In this document: positions 1 to 12,347 of the stretch, piece by piece
Layout: every line of letters begins with the position of its first letter
Position numbering within the stretch: position 1 is the stretch's first letter
NCBI RefSeq assembly: GCF_964204645.1
Contig: NC_134032.1
Span: 15,798,275 to 15,862,274, forward strand
Length of the DNA stretch: 64,000 bases
Source: Tubulanus polymorphus
Lineage: Eukaryota; Animalia; Nemertea
Direction: 5' to 3'
Program-made: the position numbers and the translations under genes
Notes under the pieces: model-generated
Told to the model about the DNA's origin: nothing
Databases searched by the model: none
The model's input: the letters and a program-made list of their open reading frames with translations, nothing else

Positions 1-457
1 ATCTGTACATTACCTTCCCAATCCAATTTTGGTGTTGATGGTCGACTGAATATGCCTTTTTGTTGAAAATCATTTCTTGCATCTCGTAAATATGTGCCAT
101 TTTCTACTTTTTCCACTAATTCATACCAAGACATCAATCTTAGGCCTAGAGAGAGGGCAGGTATTCTTCTGAAAAATATTTTTACAATTCTAATTTACAT
201 CAAAAAGACGAAACCTCTTCACTCACCAACTTTTCTTGAATAAATTGGCAGTATTCGTATTTTTTTCGCCGCCCTCGCTCTTTCTTCAAGCCTTCCCTTT
301 CGGGCAGGTATTTTGCATGATTTAACAGCTGATGATAAAACAAACCATTCAACACGTTACTTTACGGGAAAGTGTTTCAGACGGTCTCTGTGGATACTTA
401 GTGACGCAGAACACAAAATACAACGCCAGCGTAATGACAATAGATCAACTTGTAATT

Positions 458-617
458 CAGTGTTTTCAATAAGAGCCAGGTCCCAGACCCGTGCGTCGTT
501 TGTAAAGGACCCGCCTGTTTTTTCAAACCAGCCTTCGTTTCAGGGACTGTGACATATAATGGGACCCTCCTGTTTTTCAAAGGGACCTGTCTTGTTAATT
601 TCTTTTTGAAAACACTG
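458..617 (+). mobile_element. MITE with CAGTGTTTTCAA TIRs and 5-bp TSD (hAT5-like)
   Basis: TIRs cagtgttttcaa/ttgaaaacactg, TSD TAATT; inverted second copy at 30318-30478 has TSD GATTT. Confidence 0.75.
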
Positions 618-754
618 TAATTAGGAACCACCTATCAGCCTGTAACGAAAACGAACTTTTACGAGTTAATAACAAGAATTTGGGTTGATGAGCAGAATGA
701 AACTAATTAATTAGGGGTAAACTGGACTTTCATAAATGGTGCAATTAATTGTAT

Positions 755-1500
755 TTTTCTGACCTTCTGATGAAAGGAGAGAGAATTTAAACCAATGAAT
801 TAGCAATAGCGATTTTTCGAAAAATAGTGAATTTTTCTGACGATTTGATGAAAAGAGAGAATTTAAAACAATAAATCAAAAATATCGATATGATGCTCTG
901 ACGAAAAGGAGAGAAGAAGAAGTTAAACCAATAAATTAGAAATAGCGATTTCTAGAAATAAGCGATTTTTTCTGACCTTCTGGAGCAAGCTGAGAGAATT
1001 TAAACCAATGAATCAGAAATAGTGATTTTTCAAAAAATAGTGAATTTTTCTGACGATTTGATGAAAAGAGAGAATTTAAACCAATAAATAAAAATATCGA
1101 TTTTTGGAAAAATATTGAATTTTTCTGATGCTCTGATGAAAAGAGAGAATTTAAACCAATGAATCAGAAATAGTGATTTTTGGAAAAATAGTGAATTTTT
1201 CGGATGCTCTGATGAAAAGAGAGAATTTAAACCAATAAATAAAAATATCGATTTTTGGAAAAATATTGAATTTTTCTGATGCTCTGATGAAAAGAGAGAA
1301 TTTAAACCAATAAATCAAAAATATCGATTTTTGGAAAAATAGTGAATTTTTCTGATGCTCTGATGAAAAGAGAGAATTTAAACCAATAAATCAAAAATAT
1401 CGATTTTTGGAAATATAGTGAATTTTTCTGATGCGCTGATGAAAAGAGAGAATTTAAACCAATGAATCAGAAATAGTGATTTTCAGAAAAATAGCAAATT
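755..1500. repeat. Tandem repeat, roughly 75-bp unit (CTGATGAAAAGAGAGAATTTAAACCAAT...)
   Basis: Directly visible, roughly 10 degenerate copies. Confidence 0.85.
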
Positions 1501-1843
1501 TAAGGGGACTAATTAGCACATAATACCTGTGTTCATTTCCCTCCACTGGCTTCCAGTACAGCAGCACATTGGCTATAGATTAGCTCCTCAGTATCTGTTA
1601 ATGTCGAGTATCGTCTCGCTCGCTTTGTTCCAGTAACAACAGACGGACGTCTCATTTTGCGTACAGACTAAAGTTCAGTGTCACAGCATTATCCCCCCTC
1701 AGGAACACTGCATAATAACTTCAGAATAATTCACAATTTCTATGAGACTTCAAGCGAGCGCTTAATCCCGGTGTAACTAAACTCTGCATAACTCATGTCT
1801 GGTGTATTTTCATATGATTTAATATTTTTATTTATTTTTTTAG

Positions 1844-1909
1844 AAAATGCCAAAAACAAGACGAATGTGGGAGGGTGGCCCTGCTGCCACTTCGTCCCCG
1901 TATTCACCA
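1844..1909 (+). CDS. Exon 1 (66 nt, ATG at 1847): MPKTRRMWEGGPAATSSPYSP
   Basis: ttttttag|AAAATGCC...TCACCA|gtaagt. The acceptor implies a further upstream exon (5'UTR, or coding if 1847 is internal). Confidence 0.8.
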
Positions 1910-4900
1910 GTAAGTTCAAATTTAAACGTCTAATTCTTCTCCACGGTGACCGACACTATTTTGTACATAGTTTTGTATTAATATATTGATTTATTCATAC
2001 CATCCGTGTTAAATACCGAGTCTAAACAGATCATTTATTTTTCATTCAAATTGCTAACAAAAATTTAAAAAAAAAGAAAAGAATTTTAAGATAATGTTGG
2101 TGAAATTGTTGTGGATCGACAAAGTGTATCGTTCCCCTAAATATCAATATTCTGTAAAATGATGTATAGATGATACTAATTGTTTATCAAATGTTTGGTT
2201 GTCATTGCATGAATATGTTTTTCTCTCTTTTCTAGCAAACAAGAAGGCGCCACCTTGACGAAAGGGCGGAACAAGAGGCCAACTTGGACCGGATAGGTGA
2301 GCGGTCATTTCAACCGGTAAGTTTAAATCGGTAACGAGTCGATTTTGCTAGCATGTCTCTTACTTAACTACTTGTAACACAATTACATCATTTTGGTAGC
2401 TTTAACTTCTTGATTAAGTTCAAAAACTCAAATGTAGTTATAAAATCTCGGTTCCTTTCATTGTTGGTTATAATACGAGGCTTAGCGATAAGACGGGCAC
2501 TTATTCATACGCGTAGGCAGCTAGCGTCTTTCAGTTGAGTAAACCGGTTCATCCTACGTGAACTGCGGTTTTTGCCATCTATAAAAGTTATGAACAAGTT
2601 AAAATTATGAATTCTCATCTGATAAACGTCAACTAAGGCCACACCAAAAAAAATCCGGTTTCTCTGGCGGGGCAATCACCAAAATGAGTAGGTCGGTAGG
2701 GAATTTTTTTTTCTTTTTATAGAAAAAAAAAAATTTTGGGTTCTCTTCTAACAGTGGGTAGGTCGCCGTAAATAATTTTTGATGGGACCAAATTTCCAGT
2801 TGAAAATATGATTAGCAGCTTGTCGATGACAATAATAAAGGGAAGTTGATGTTTTTGTATTATATTTCACACTTGGAAACCGTTTATAAAACGAAAAACA
2901 TCAAAATCTTGCATAGGCATATAATATATTGTATACGGAATTCCTGGAATTATACAATCCAAGGTCGCCATCAATATGTGATTGGCAACGTTATCTGAGC
3001 ACACAAGTACCATATCCATTATAAAATTGTTAAATCCAATGTAATAAGATATTTTTATCATGTCGTCTCGGTGCCGACATCACGATTTCACGAAAAAGAA
3101 AAAATATTTACGAGAATGGAGAGCTTTGTAGTCGGTCGGCCATATATATATTTTTGAAAAATAGTTATTTCATCCACAATTTTGAAATAGGGTCGGTAGG
3201 CAATTTTATTTTATTTCGAAAATAATTATTTGAAATGTCGAAATATCGGGTCGGTCGGGCCCGAGAAACAGGGTTTTCTTTTGGTGTGGCCTAAACTTTA
3301 AGTTGTCTTAGTTTTAGTTGCTCTATGTCGTCCTCTCTCAGTATTCAACATTTGTTGAGTCTTAAAATTCTCGTTATCATTAATCTTTCAAAGATGTTAT
3401 GCAAGCAGTTTCACATTGACCAACATCGAGTTCATTTTAAGAAATTTTTTGCTTGTCAAATTTTCTGATGGTTGCATCAATTACACTCTGTTCTCAATTT
3501 CACAGTAATTAATGATTTTTTTTTTCAGTTTGAATTGACGCCCCCGGTCCAAGTTGAGCGCTCGGAATTCTCCGGTGACTGGGTAAGTTACAGCGAAATA
3601 CGGTTGAAGTCAATTGTTGGAACAAATATTAAACCCTGGATATTTTCACGAAATTGACTTCGCTTTGTTTGCTATTGAAATTTTTTTCCATCATTATATT
3701 GGTGGCGCCACCAAGGGGGCGTTTTGTTAAAACTGATATGCGAATTCGTAGAAACAATTGATAGGTATTGGTAGAATAACCCATACTCAAATGTGGAGAA
3801 CGGATAAGATGAAAACCCACTACAAATAAAAGTTAAAAATTGAGAATTTATTAAATTTAAAAACAACCGATCTCACGTGAGACAATGATCTCTAGTGTGA
3901 GATCTCACGTGAGACAATGATCTCTAGTGTGAGTTCGAAACGTCGTGTTTTTCAATTTTAATTCGATTGAATATTGATGTGGGTTTCATCTTGGTAAATT
4001 TGGTATCCTTCCCCCAATTTTTTGTTATTGAGGGAATTTTCGCTCGGATGAACGGGGTTGCCACCAGGACCTAGTTCCACAGTTGTGAGTTAGAGTTAAA
4101 TCTTGAGTTAAAATCAATTCATTTCCAATGAGTTAATTCTTAACTCGAAACTGGGCTTGAACTCTGAATCATCATCAGAAATAGAATATACTTAGATGTC
4201 TGGAATGTCAGCCATTTCAATCAACGTTTCGGCCAAAACCGATATTTGGTGGTCATCTTTGTTTTTCGTTTTTGCTTCTGAAAATGGTCCAAATTAAAAG
4301 TTTTTTAACAGAACTCCCGTCATAGGATTTGAAAAATTTTGAAACTTTGTACAATACTACTACTAATAAGCATTCATTTTTTTTTCTTCATTGCCAACAG
4401 GTGTGATTTTACTTGAAAAAAATACTACATTTTGTCCATTTTGGCCAAGTTTTAGAGTTTTTAGAACAGGACCTCATCTTAAATTCATTGCGTCAGATTT
4501 GTGCGTGTTGTTTTGGAAAATGACAAACATGATTGTGTCACCCGACCTGTGTACCATCATAAACCATGTCCTTATCCTCGAATCTCCTTGCTACAATCTG
4601 AGCGGATGATGTTAAAAAACGACAAAGACAGGACCGCCAAAAACTCTAAAACCGTGTTTACCGAATCAGAAATCAGATAATCATCATAATCCATTTAATT
4701 GCATAATAAAAGTTAACTCTCATTGTATTTTCAGTATGTTCCCCCTACACCACCGCGAAGGCGCCAGACGCTGGTGAGAACACCGGTAAGTTACAACTAT
4801 TCTCTAATAAACAATACTTATTTTGATTTATTAATTTGAAAATAGTGGGCAGTAGCTAGTTTGCATAAATTATGTAAATTAGAAATAAAATCATGGATTT

Positions 4901-7900
4901 AACACATAATCATTTTTGCAATACCAACAACTGCGATATGTACAAGTCTTTGTGTCCTAAGTGACAAAGATTGTTCCACCTGAGTTTAATATGATACGCA
5001 AATAATTGTTTGTAATCACTTGCAATGTTAATTAAATCAAATGTTCTTTAACCAGTCATCTATCAGTGAACTATCAATTAACTATCAATCAGTGAACTAT
5101 CAGTGAACTATCAATTAACTATCAATCAGTCAACTATCAGTGAACTATCAATTAACTAGTAAACTACATAACTAGATGATCTCTTAAGCCTAGCGCACAT
5201 CGACACTGCGATTGGAGACAACTAGTTTGACCAGTTTGACGAGTTTAGACTGGTCTTAAGTTGTTAGATTGGTTATAGAACCAAAATGAGCTTAGACTGG
5301 TCTTAAGTTGTTAGATTGGTTATAGAACTAGAATGAGCTTAGACTGATCTTAAGTTGTTAGATTGGTTATAGAACCAGAATGAGTTTAGACTGGTCTTAA
5401 GTTGTTAGATTGGCAATAGAACCAGAATGAGTTTAGACTGGTCTTAAGTTGTTAGATTGGTTATAGAACCAGAATGAGTTTAGACTGGTCTTAAGTTGTT
5501 AGATTGGTTATAGAACCAGAATGAGTTTAGACTGGTCTTAAGTTGTTAGATTGGTTATAGAACCAGAATGAGCTTAGACTGGTCTTAAGTTGTTAGATTG
5601 GTTATAGAACCAGAATGAGTTTAGACTGGTCTTAAGTTGTTTGATTGGTTATAGAACCAGAATGAGGTTAGACTGGTCTTAAGTTGTTAGATTGGTTATA
5701 GAACCAGAATGAGTTTAGACTGGTCTTAAGTTGTTAGATTGGTTATAGAACCAGAATGAGTTTAGACTGGTCTTAAGTTGTTAGATTGGTTATAGAACCA
5801 GAATGAGCTTAGACTGGTCTTAAGTTGTTAGATTGATTATAGAACCAGAATGAGTTTAGACTGGTCTTAAGTTGTTAGATTGGTTATAGAACTAAAATGA
5901 GCTTAGACTGGTCTCAAGTTGTTAGATTGGCTATAGAACTAAAATGAGTTTAGACTGGTCTTAAGTTGTTAGATTGGTTATAGAACTAAAATGAGCTTAG
6001 ACTGGTCTCAAGTTGATAGAATAGTTTTAGAATTAAAATGAGCTTAGATTGGTCTCAAGTTGTTAGATTGTTTATGGAACTAAAATGAGCTTAGACTGGT
6101 CTTAAGTTGTTAGATTGGTTATAGAACCAGAATGAGTTTAGACTGGTCTTAAGTTGTTAGATTGGTTATTGAACTAGAATGAGCTTAGACTGGTCTTAAG
6201 TTGTTAGATAACTTATAAAACCAGAATGAGTTTAGACTGGTCTTAAGTTGTTTGATTGGGTATTGAACCAAATTAGTTTAGACTGGTCTTAAGTTGTTAG
6301 ATTGGTTATAGAACTAAAATGAGCTTAGACTGGTCTTAAGTTGTTAGATTGTTTATAGAACTAAAATGAGTTTAGACTGGTCTTAAGTTGTTAGATTGGT
6401 TATTGAACTAGAATGAGTTTAGACTGGTCTTAAGTTGTTAGATTGGTTATAGAACTAGAATGAGCTTAGACTGATCTTAAGTTGTTAGATTGGTTATAGA
6501 ACCAGAATGAGTTTAGACTGGTCTTAAGTTGTTAGATTGGTTATAGAACCAGAATGAGCTTAGACTGGTCTTAAGTTGTTGGATTGGTTATAGAACCAGA
6601 ATGAGTTTAGACTGGTCTTAAGTTGTTAGATTGGTTATAGAACTAAAATGAGCTTAGACTGGTCTCAAGTTGTTAGATTGGCTATAGAACTAAAATGAGT
6701 TTAGACTGGTCTTAAGTTGTTAGATTGGTTATAGAACTAAAATGAGCTTAGACTGGTCTCAAGTTGATAGAATAGTTTTAGAATTAAAATGAGCTTAGAT
6801 TGGTCTCAAGTTGTTAGATTGTTTATAGAACTAAAATGAGCTTAGACTGGTCTTAAGTTGTTAGATTGGTTATAGAACCAGAATGAGTTTAGACTGGTCT
6901 TAAGTTGTTAGATTGGTTATTGAACTAGAATGAGCTTAGACTGGTCTTAAGTTGTTAGATAACTTATAAAACCAGAATGAGTTTAGACTGGTCTTAAGTT
7001 GTTTGATTGGGTATTGAACCAAATTAGTTTAGACTGGTCTTAAGTTGTTAGATTGGCTATAGAACTAAAATGAGTTTAGACTGGTCTTAAGTTGTTAGAT
7101 TGGTTATAGAACTAAAATGAGCTTAGACTGGTCTCAAGTTGATAGAATAGTTTTAGAATTAAAATGAGCTTAGATTGGTCTCAAGTTGTTAGATTGTTTA
7201 TAGAACTAAAATGAGCTTAGACTGGTCTTAAGTTGTTAGATTGGTTATAGAACCAGAATGAGTTTAGACTGGTCTTAAGTTGTTAGATTGGTTATTGAAC
7301 TAGAATGAGCTTAGACTGGTCTTAAGTTGTTAGATAACTTATAAAACCAGAATGAGTTTAGACTGGTCTTAAGTTGTTTGATTGGGTATTGAACCAAATT
7401 AGTTTAGACTGGTCTTAAGTTGTTAGATTGGTTATAGAACTAAAATGAGCTTAGACTGGTCTTAAGTTGTTAGATTGTTTATAGAACTAAAATGAGTTTA
7501 GACTGGTCTTAAGTTGTTAGATTGGTTATTGAACTAGAATGAGTTTAGACTGGTCTTAAGTTGTTAGATTGGTTATAGAACTAGAATGAGCTTAGACTGA
7601 TCTTAAGTTGTTAGATTGGTTATAGAACTAAAATGAGTTTAGACTGGTCTTAAGTTGTTAGATTGGTTATAGAACTAAAATGAGCTTAGACTGGTCTTAA
7701 GTTGTTAGATTGTTTATAGAACTAAAATGAGTTTAGACTGGTCTTAAGTTGTTAGATTGGTTATTGAACTAGAATGAGTTTAGACTGGTCTTAAGTTGTT
7801 AGATTGGTTATAGAACTAGAATGAGCTTAGACTGATCTTAAGTTGTTAGATTGGTTATAGAACTAAAATGAGTTTAGACTGGTCTTAAGTTGTTAGATTG

Positions 7901-10900
7901 GTTATAGAACTAGAATGAGCTTAGACTGGTCTTAAGTTGTTAGATTGTTTATAGAACTAAAATGAGTTTAGACTGGTCTTAAGTTGTTAGATTGGTTATT
8001 GAACTAGAATGAGTTTAGACTGGTCTTAAGTTGTTAGATCGGTTATAGAACCAGAATGAGTTTAGACTGGTCTTAAGTTGTTAGATTGGTTATAGAACCA
8101 GAATGAGTTTAGACTGGTCTTAAGTTGTTAGATTGGTTATAGAACCAGAATGAGTTTAGACTGGTCTTAAGTTGTTAGATTGGTTATAGAACTAAAATGA
8201 GCTTAGACTGGTCTCAAGTTGTTAGATTGGCTATAGAACTAAAATGAGTTTAGACTGGTCTTAAGTTGTTAGATTGGTTATAGAACTAAAATGAGCTTAG
8301 ACTGGTCTCAAGTTGATAGAATAGTTTTAGAATTAAAATGAGCTTAGATTGGTCTCAAGTTGTTAGATTATTTATAGAACTAAAATGAGCTTAGACTGGT
8401 CTTAAGTTGTTAGATTGGTTATAGAACCAGAATGAGCTTAGACTGGTCTTAAGTTGTTAGATTGGTTATTGAACTAGAATGAGCTTAGACTGGTCTTAAG
8501 TTGTTAGATTGGTTATTAAACCAGAATGAGTTTAGACTGGTCTTAAGTTGTTTGATTGGGTATTGAACCAAATTAGTTTAGACTGGTCTTAAGTTGTTAG
8601 ATTGGTTATAGAACTAAAATGAGTTTACACTGGTCTTAAGTTGTTAGATTGGTTATAGAACTAAAATGAGTTTAGACTGGTCTTAAGTTGTTAGATTGGT
8701 TATAGAACTAAAATGAGCTTAGACTGGTCTCAAGTTGATGGAATAGTTTTAGAAATAAAATGAGCTTAGATTGGTCTTAAGTTGTTAGATTGTTTATAGA
8801 ACTAAAATGAGTTTAGACTGGTCTTAAGTTGTTAGATTGGTTATAGAACTAAAATGAGCTTAGACTGGTCTCAAGTTGATAGAATAGTTTTAGAATTAAA
8901 ATGAGCTTAGATTGGTCTTAAGCTGTTAGATTGGCTATAGAACTAAAATGAGCTTAGACTGGTCTTAAGTTGTAAGATTGGTTATAGAACCAGAATAAGC
9001 TTAGACTGGTCTTAAGTTGTTAGATTGGCTATAGAACTGAAATGAGCTGAGACTGGTTTTAAGTTGTAAGATTGGTTATAGAACTAAAATGAGTTTAGAC
9101 TGGTCTCAAGTTGATAGAATGGTTTTAGAATTAAAATGAGCTTAGACTGGTCTCAAGTTGTTAGATTGGTTATACGTAGAACTTAAGCTGGTTATATAGT
9201 CTAATTGGTAACTAAATCAACTTCTTAATTTGCTTTATAGTCCAAAAACCTCTATCATAATTACTGGTTTTGTACAAATGTCAGAATTTGCTACAAAATT
9301 TACTAATTGTTCGTTAAACAGTTTTAATGAAGAATCTATGATACATGCATTCATGAATATCCATCTAATATTTTGTTTTATTTTATCTTTACAGGACATA
9401 ACACCAATTGATAAAACCGACGTAAGAGTTTAAACATTTATCTTGCAATTTAACATCTTGCAATTAAAACTAATTCATGCAATTTCAATGTTGATATTTT
9501 GATGATACATTAATATTTGTATTTGATAGAATATACTGATTGACAGTGCTTTAATGAAAACCTGACAATAATAATGGTCAATTCAATTTCTTTTAATTTT
9601 ACAACATCATTATCATTTTAGCTGCTTCGGCTAGAAATTTGCCATTTCACCATACTACATACTTAATCAAATAATAAAAAAAGTGATTTCTTGCTTTGAA
9701 TATTCATCTGAATCTATTGTTGAAAATCAATTGTTTGGCAAGTGAAAAATTGAAGTTAGGAAACAAAATTTTAACCTCGTTGCGTACCGGGTCATGTTTA
9801 AGATCCAGAATCCCGGGATTTTTTGGAAAATATATGAGTGAAATCCCATTGAACAAAGCTTTCATCAGTACGCCTGACATTTCGACATTTCGACATTGGC
9901 TAATATAGTGTAGCAGAAATACATATACATGTTTACATTTCTAATCAAGAATTTTTACATCTTTAGATTATTGTGGGATTTCTCTCATGTACACGTATAT
10001 CTTTGCATGTTTTTATTTCGGTTAATTTTGACACAATCAAAGAGTACATGCTTATCAAAGTCTTGAAACTTTAAACATTGTGTCTTCTATCAAAACTTGG
10101 TTGAGATGTGCTACTCAGATCAGCATTTGGATTTTATTTACACTCCCACTAAAACGTGAGCGGTGCCGTCTGTAGATATTCTATTTGTTCACAAGTGGCG
10201 CCATCTTTAAAGATGAGATGAATACCCATCAATACCAGCCAGTTAAAAATTCGCGAATTTCAGTCAGTGGAAAATATTGAACCCGATTAGAATTTCGGGT
10301 AGCAATACCCAACAAGAGATTAATAATATCGACAAGGTCTTGCTCTATGTTTCCAGATGACATACGTGTAGAGTTTTGAATTAAAAATGAACGGTACTAA
10401 GTTTTTGAACCCTCTGAACTCAAACTACGGATTGCCCAGGATACTTCTCTCTTCAATGAAAACCAGCACGTTGAACTAACTAACCTCGGAATAGAAATAT
10501 TTAGAAATTCAATTCTTAATAAATTTGACTGATGTGTTTATATTGTTGTCTTTTCTAGAGTTCGATGTCGATGTTGTCGGTGTCGGTATCACCGCCAATT
10601 TCAGCTGTAAGTATAAATATCAGTAAAGCTCCTGAACATGCGAAACTTTTTATCTTTCTATATAGCTAATAACATCAAGCTGTAGCTTAATTATGAAAAG
10701 GTTCCGCGTTAGGAAGAATTTTGTTGAACCAATAGAAATATTTAATTTCAACATGTAGCATCACGCCATAAACCGGAGAACTGCATCAAATTGTGCGAGA
10801 TCATGATGTCCTCCAATTTCCCTAGTGTCCGGGGGGGGGGAGGGGTTAGGGCCGGGGGGTGGTATTAGATAGATAAATCATCAATCTTATCTCAGTTTAA

Positions 10901-12276
10901 CCCTTTCAGTTCGTCTACACCGCAGTGCGGTGTATAAATCTGATGGATTTTGCTAGTACACCGCACTGCGGTGTATTGATGTAATTAGTAATTTGTAATT
11001 ATCTCTATTGAAAAATGGCAGCAAGTTTCAAACATAGTGAAATACTAGTACCTAACGATACACCGCACTGCGGTGTAGACGCACTAGGGTGGAATTTCTA
11101 AAAATTTTCAAATTTTCTCCAGCACTATAGGGTATTAATTAGTCAGCCCTGAAAGGGTTAATAGATGTCAGTTTCTTCGTACTAATAATGCAATAATGCA
11201 GCGTGTAATGTGTAGATTAAAATTGTCTTCTGTGAATTTGTATATTCTTCATTAATTTGAACTTATTTTATCTTTTTCAGACTTCAGGATTTGACATACC
11301 GTCCTTTCCGACGACCTTTGGAGCAGTAAGTTACAATTCTAGTTTGATGTTGTTCACTGACTGACTCTCTCTACGGATTAGATTTCTAGAAGAATCCAAA
11401 ACAAATTTCTAGTGTAAAACATAAAACTATTGAAGCCGTGAGACAATTTTTTATTACAGTAAATTTTTTCTGATCGATAAAACGATAGGCTTTCAATTTA
11501 TAATCAACTCTAAAGAAAGGTTCGCAAAGCATTTTTTCGCTGAAAATGAATTTCTACATTTGATCACGGATGACCTTCGCCCAACCTTGGATATTTTGGT
11601 TGATTTTCTTTGGCCACGCCGAACACAGGTTTATCAAAACTTAAATCTGGCTGTGCGCTTCACCAAGTTTCGACTTTGACGTATTATGCTTAATAAACTA
11701 CGCCGAAAAAGCATTTTTTAGCACACTCAAATGCAATTTCAGAAGCCTGTAATTTCACTACTAATGGGCAAATTGAACGGATTAAGCAAAAATACCTTTC
11801 TTTCTTAATTTGTTTTTCTTTATGGTGCCAAAGTTGAAAGTTGAAAGCCTTGGGTTTCATATATTTTGGGAATTTTACCAAAAATGGTAAAGAATTTTAT
11901 GTATTTTATCATGTTTTATTTATGCTGCATCTTTAACTGTCCAAAATTACACATGTGAACATTCAATATTATTTGTTATTAGAAGTAAGCTTACTTGTGT
12001 CGAAATCTGACGTCTTGTTCAGTTTCTAGGGGTTTTCTCGAAATTTCTGGTTCTATATAATTTGTGTTGACCCTGTTTGACCTCCCTCCAGCGCATGTGT
12101 ATTAAACAAAATGGTGGCATGATAGAATCGGTTGATATTCATAATTTCTGGCGCAATTACTGATACTCAAGGCGCATACAAATTTGGGTTCAAAATAACG
12201 AATAAATTTTTGTTAACTTCGGCTCGGTGATAACTTTAAGTACACTGGTGTCAGCAATATGGCCATGTGCACGACG

Positions 12277-12347
<71 letters not shown>

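Noticed and set aside
5241-9175. CRISPR-like regular arrays (also 39961-40428 and 58921-60488)
   Set aside because: No unique spacers, no cas genes, eukaryotic context; these are satellites
10357-10365. 9-nt candidate exon ttccag|ATGACATAC|gtgtag
   Set aside because: Weak donor, unlike the GTAAG donors of the accepted exons
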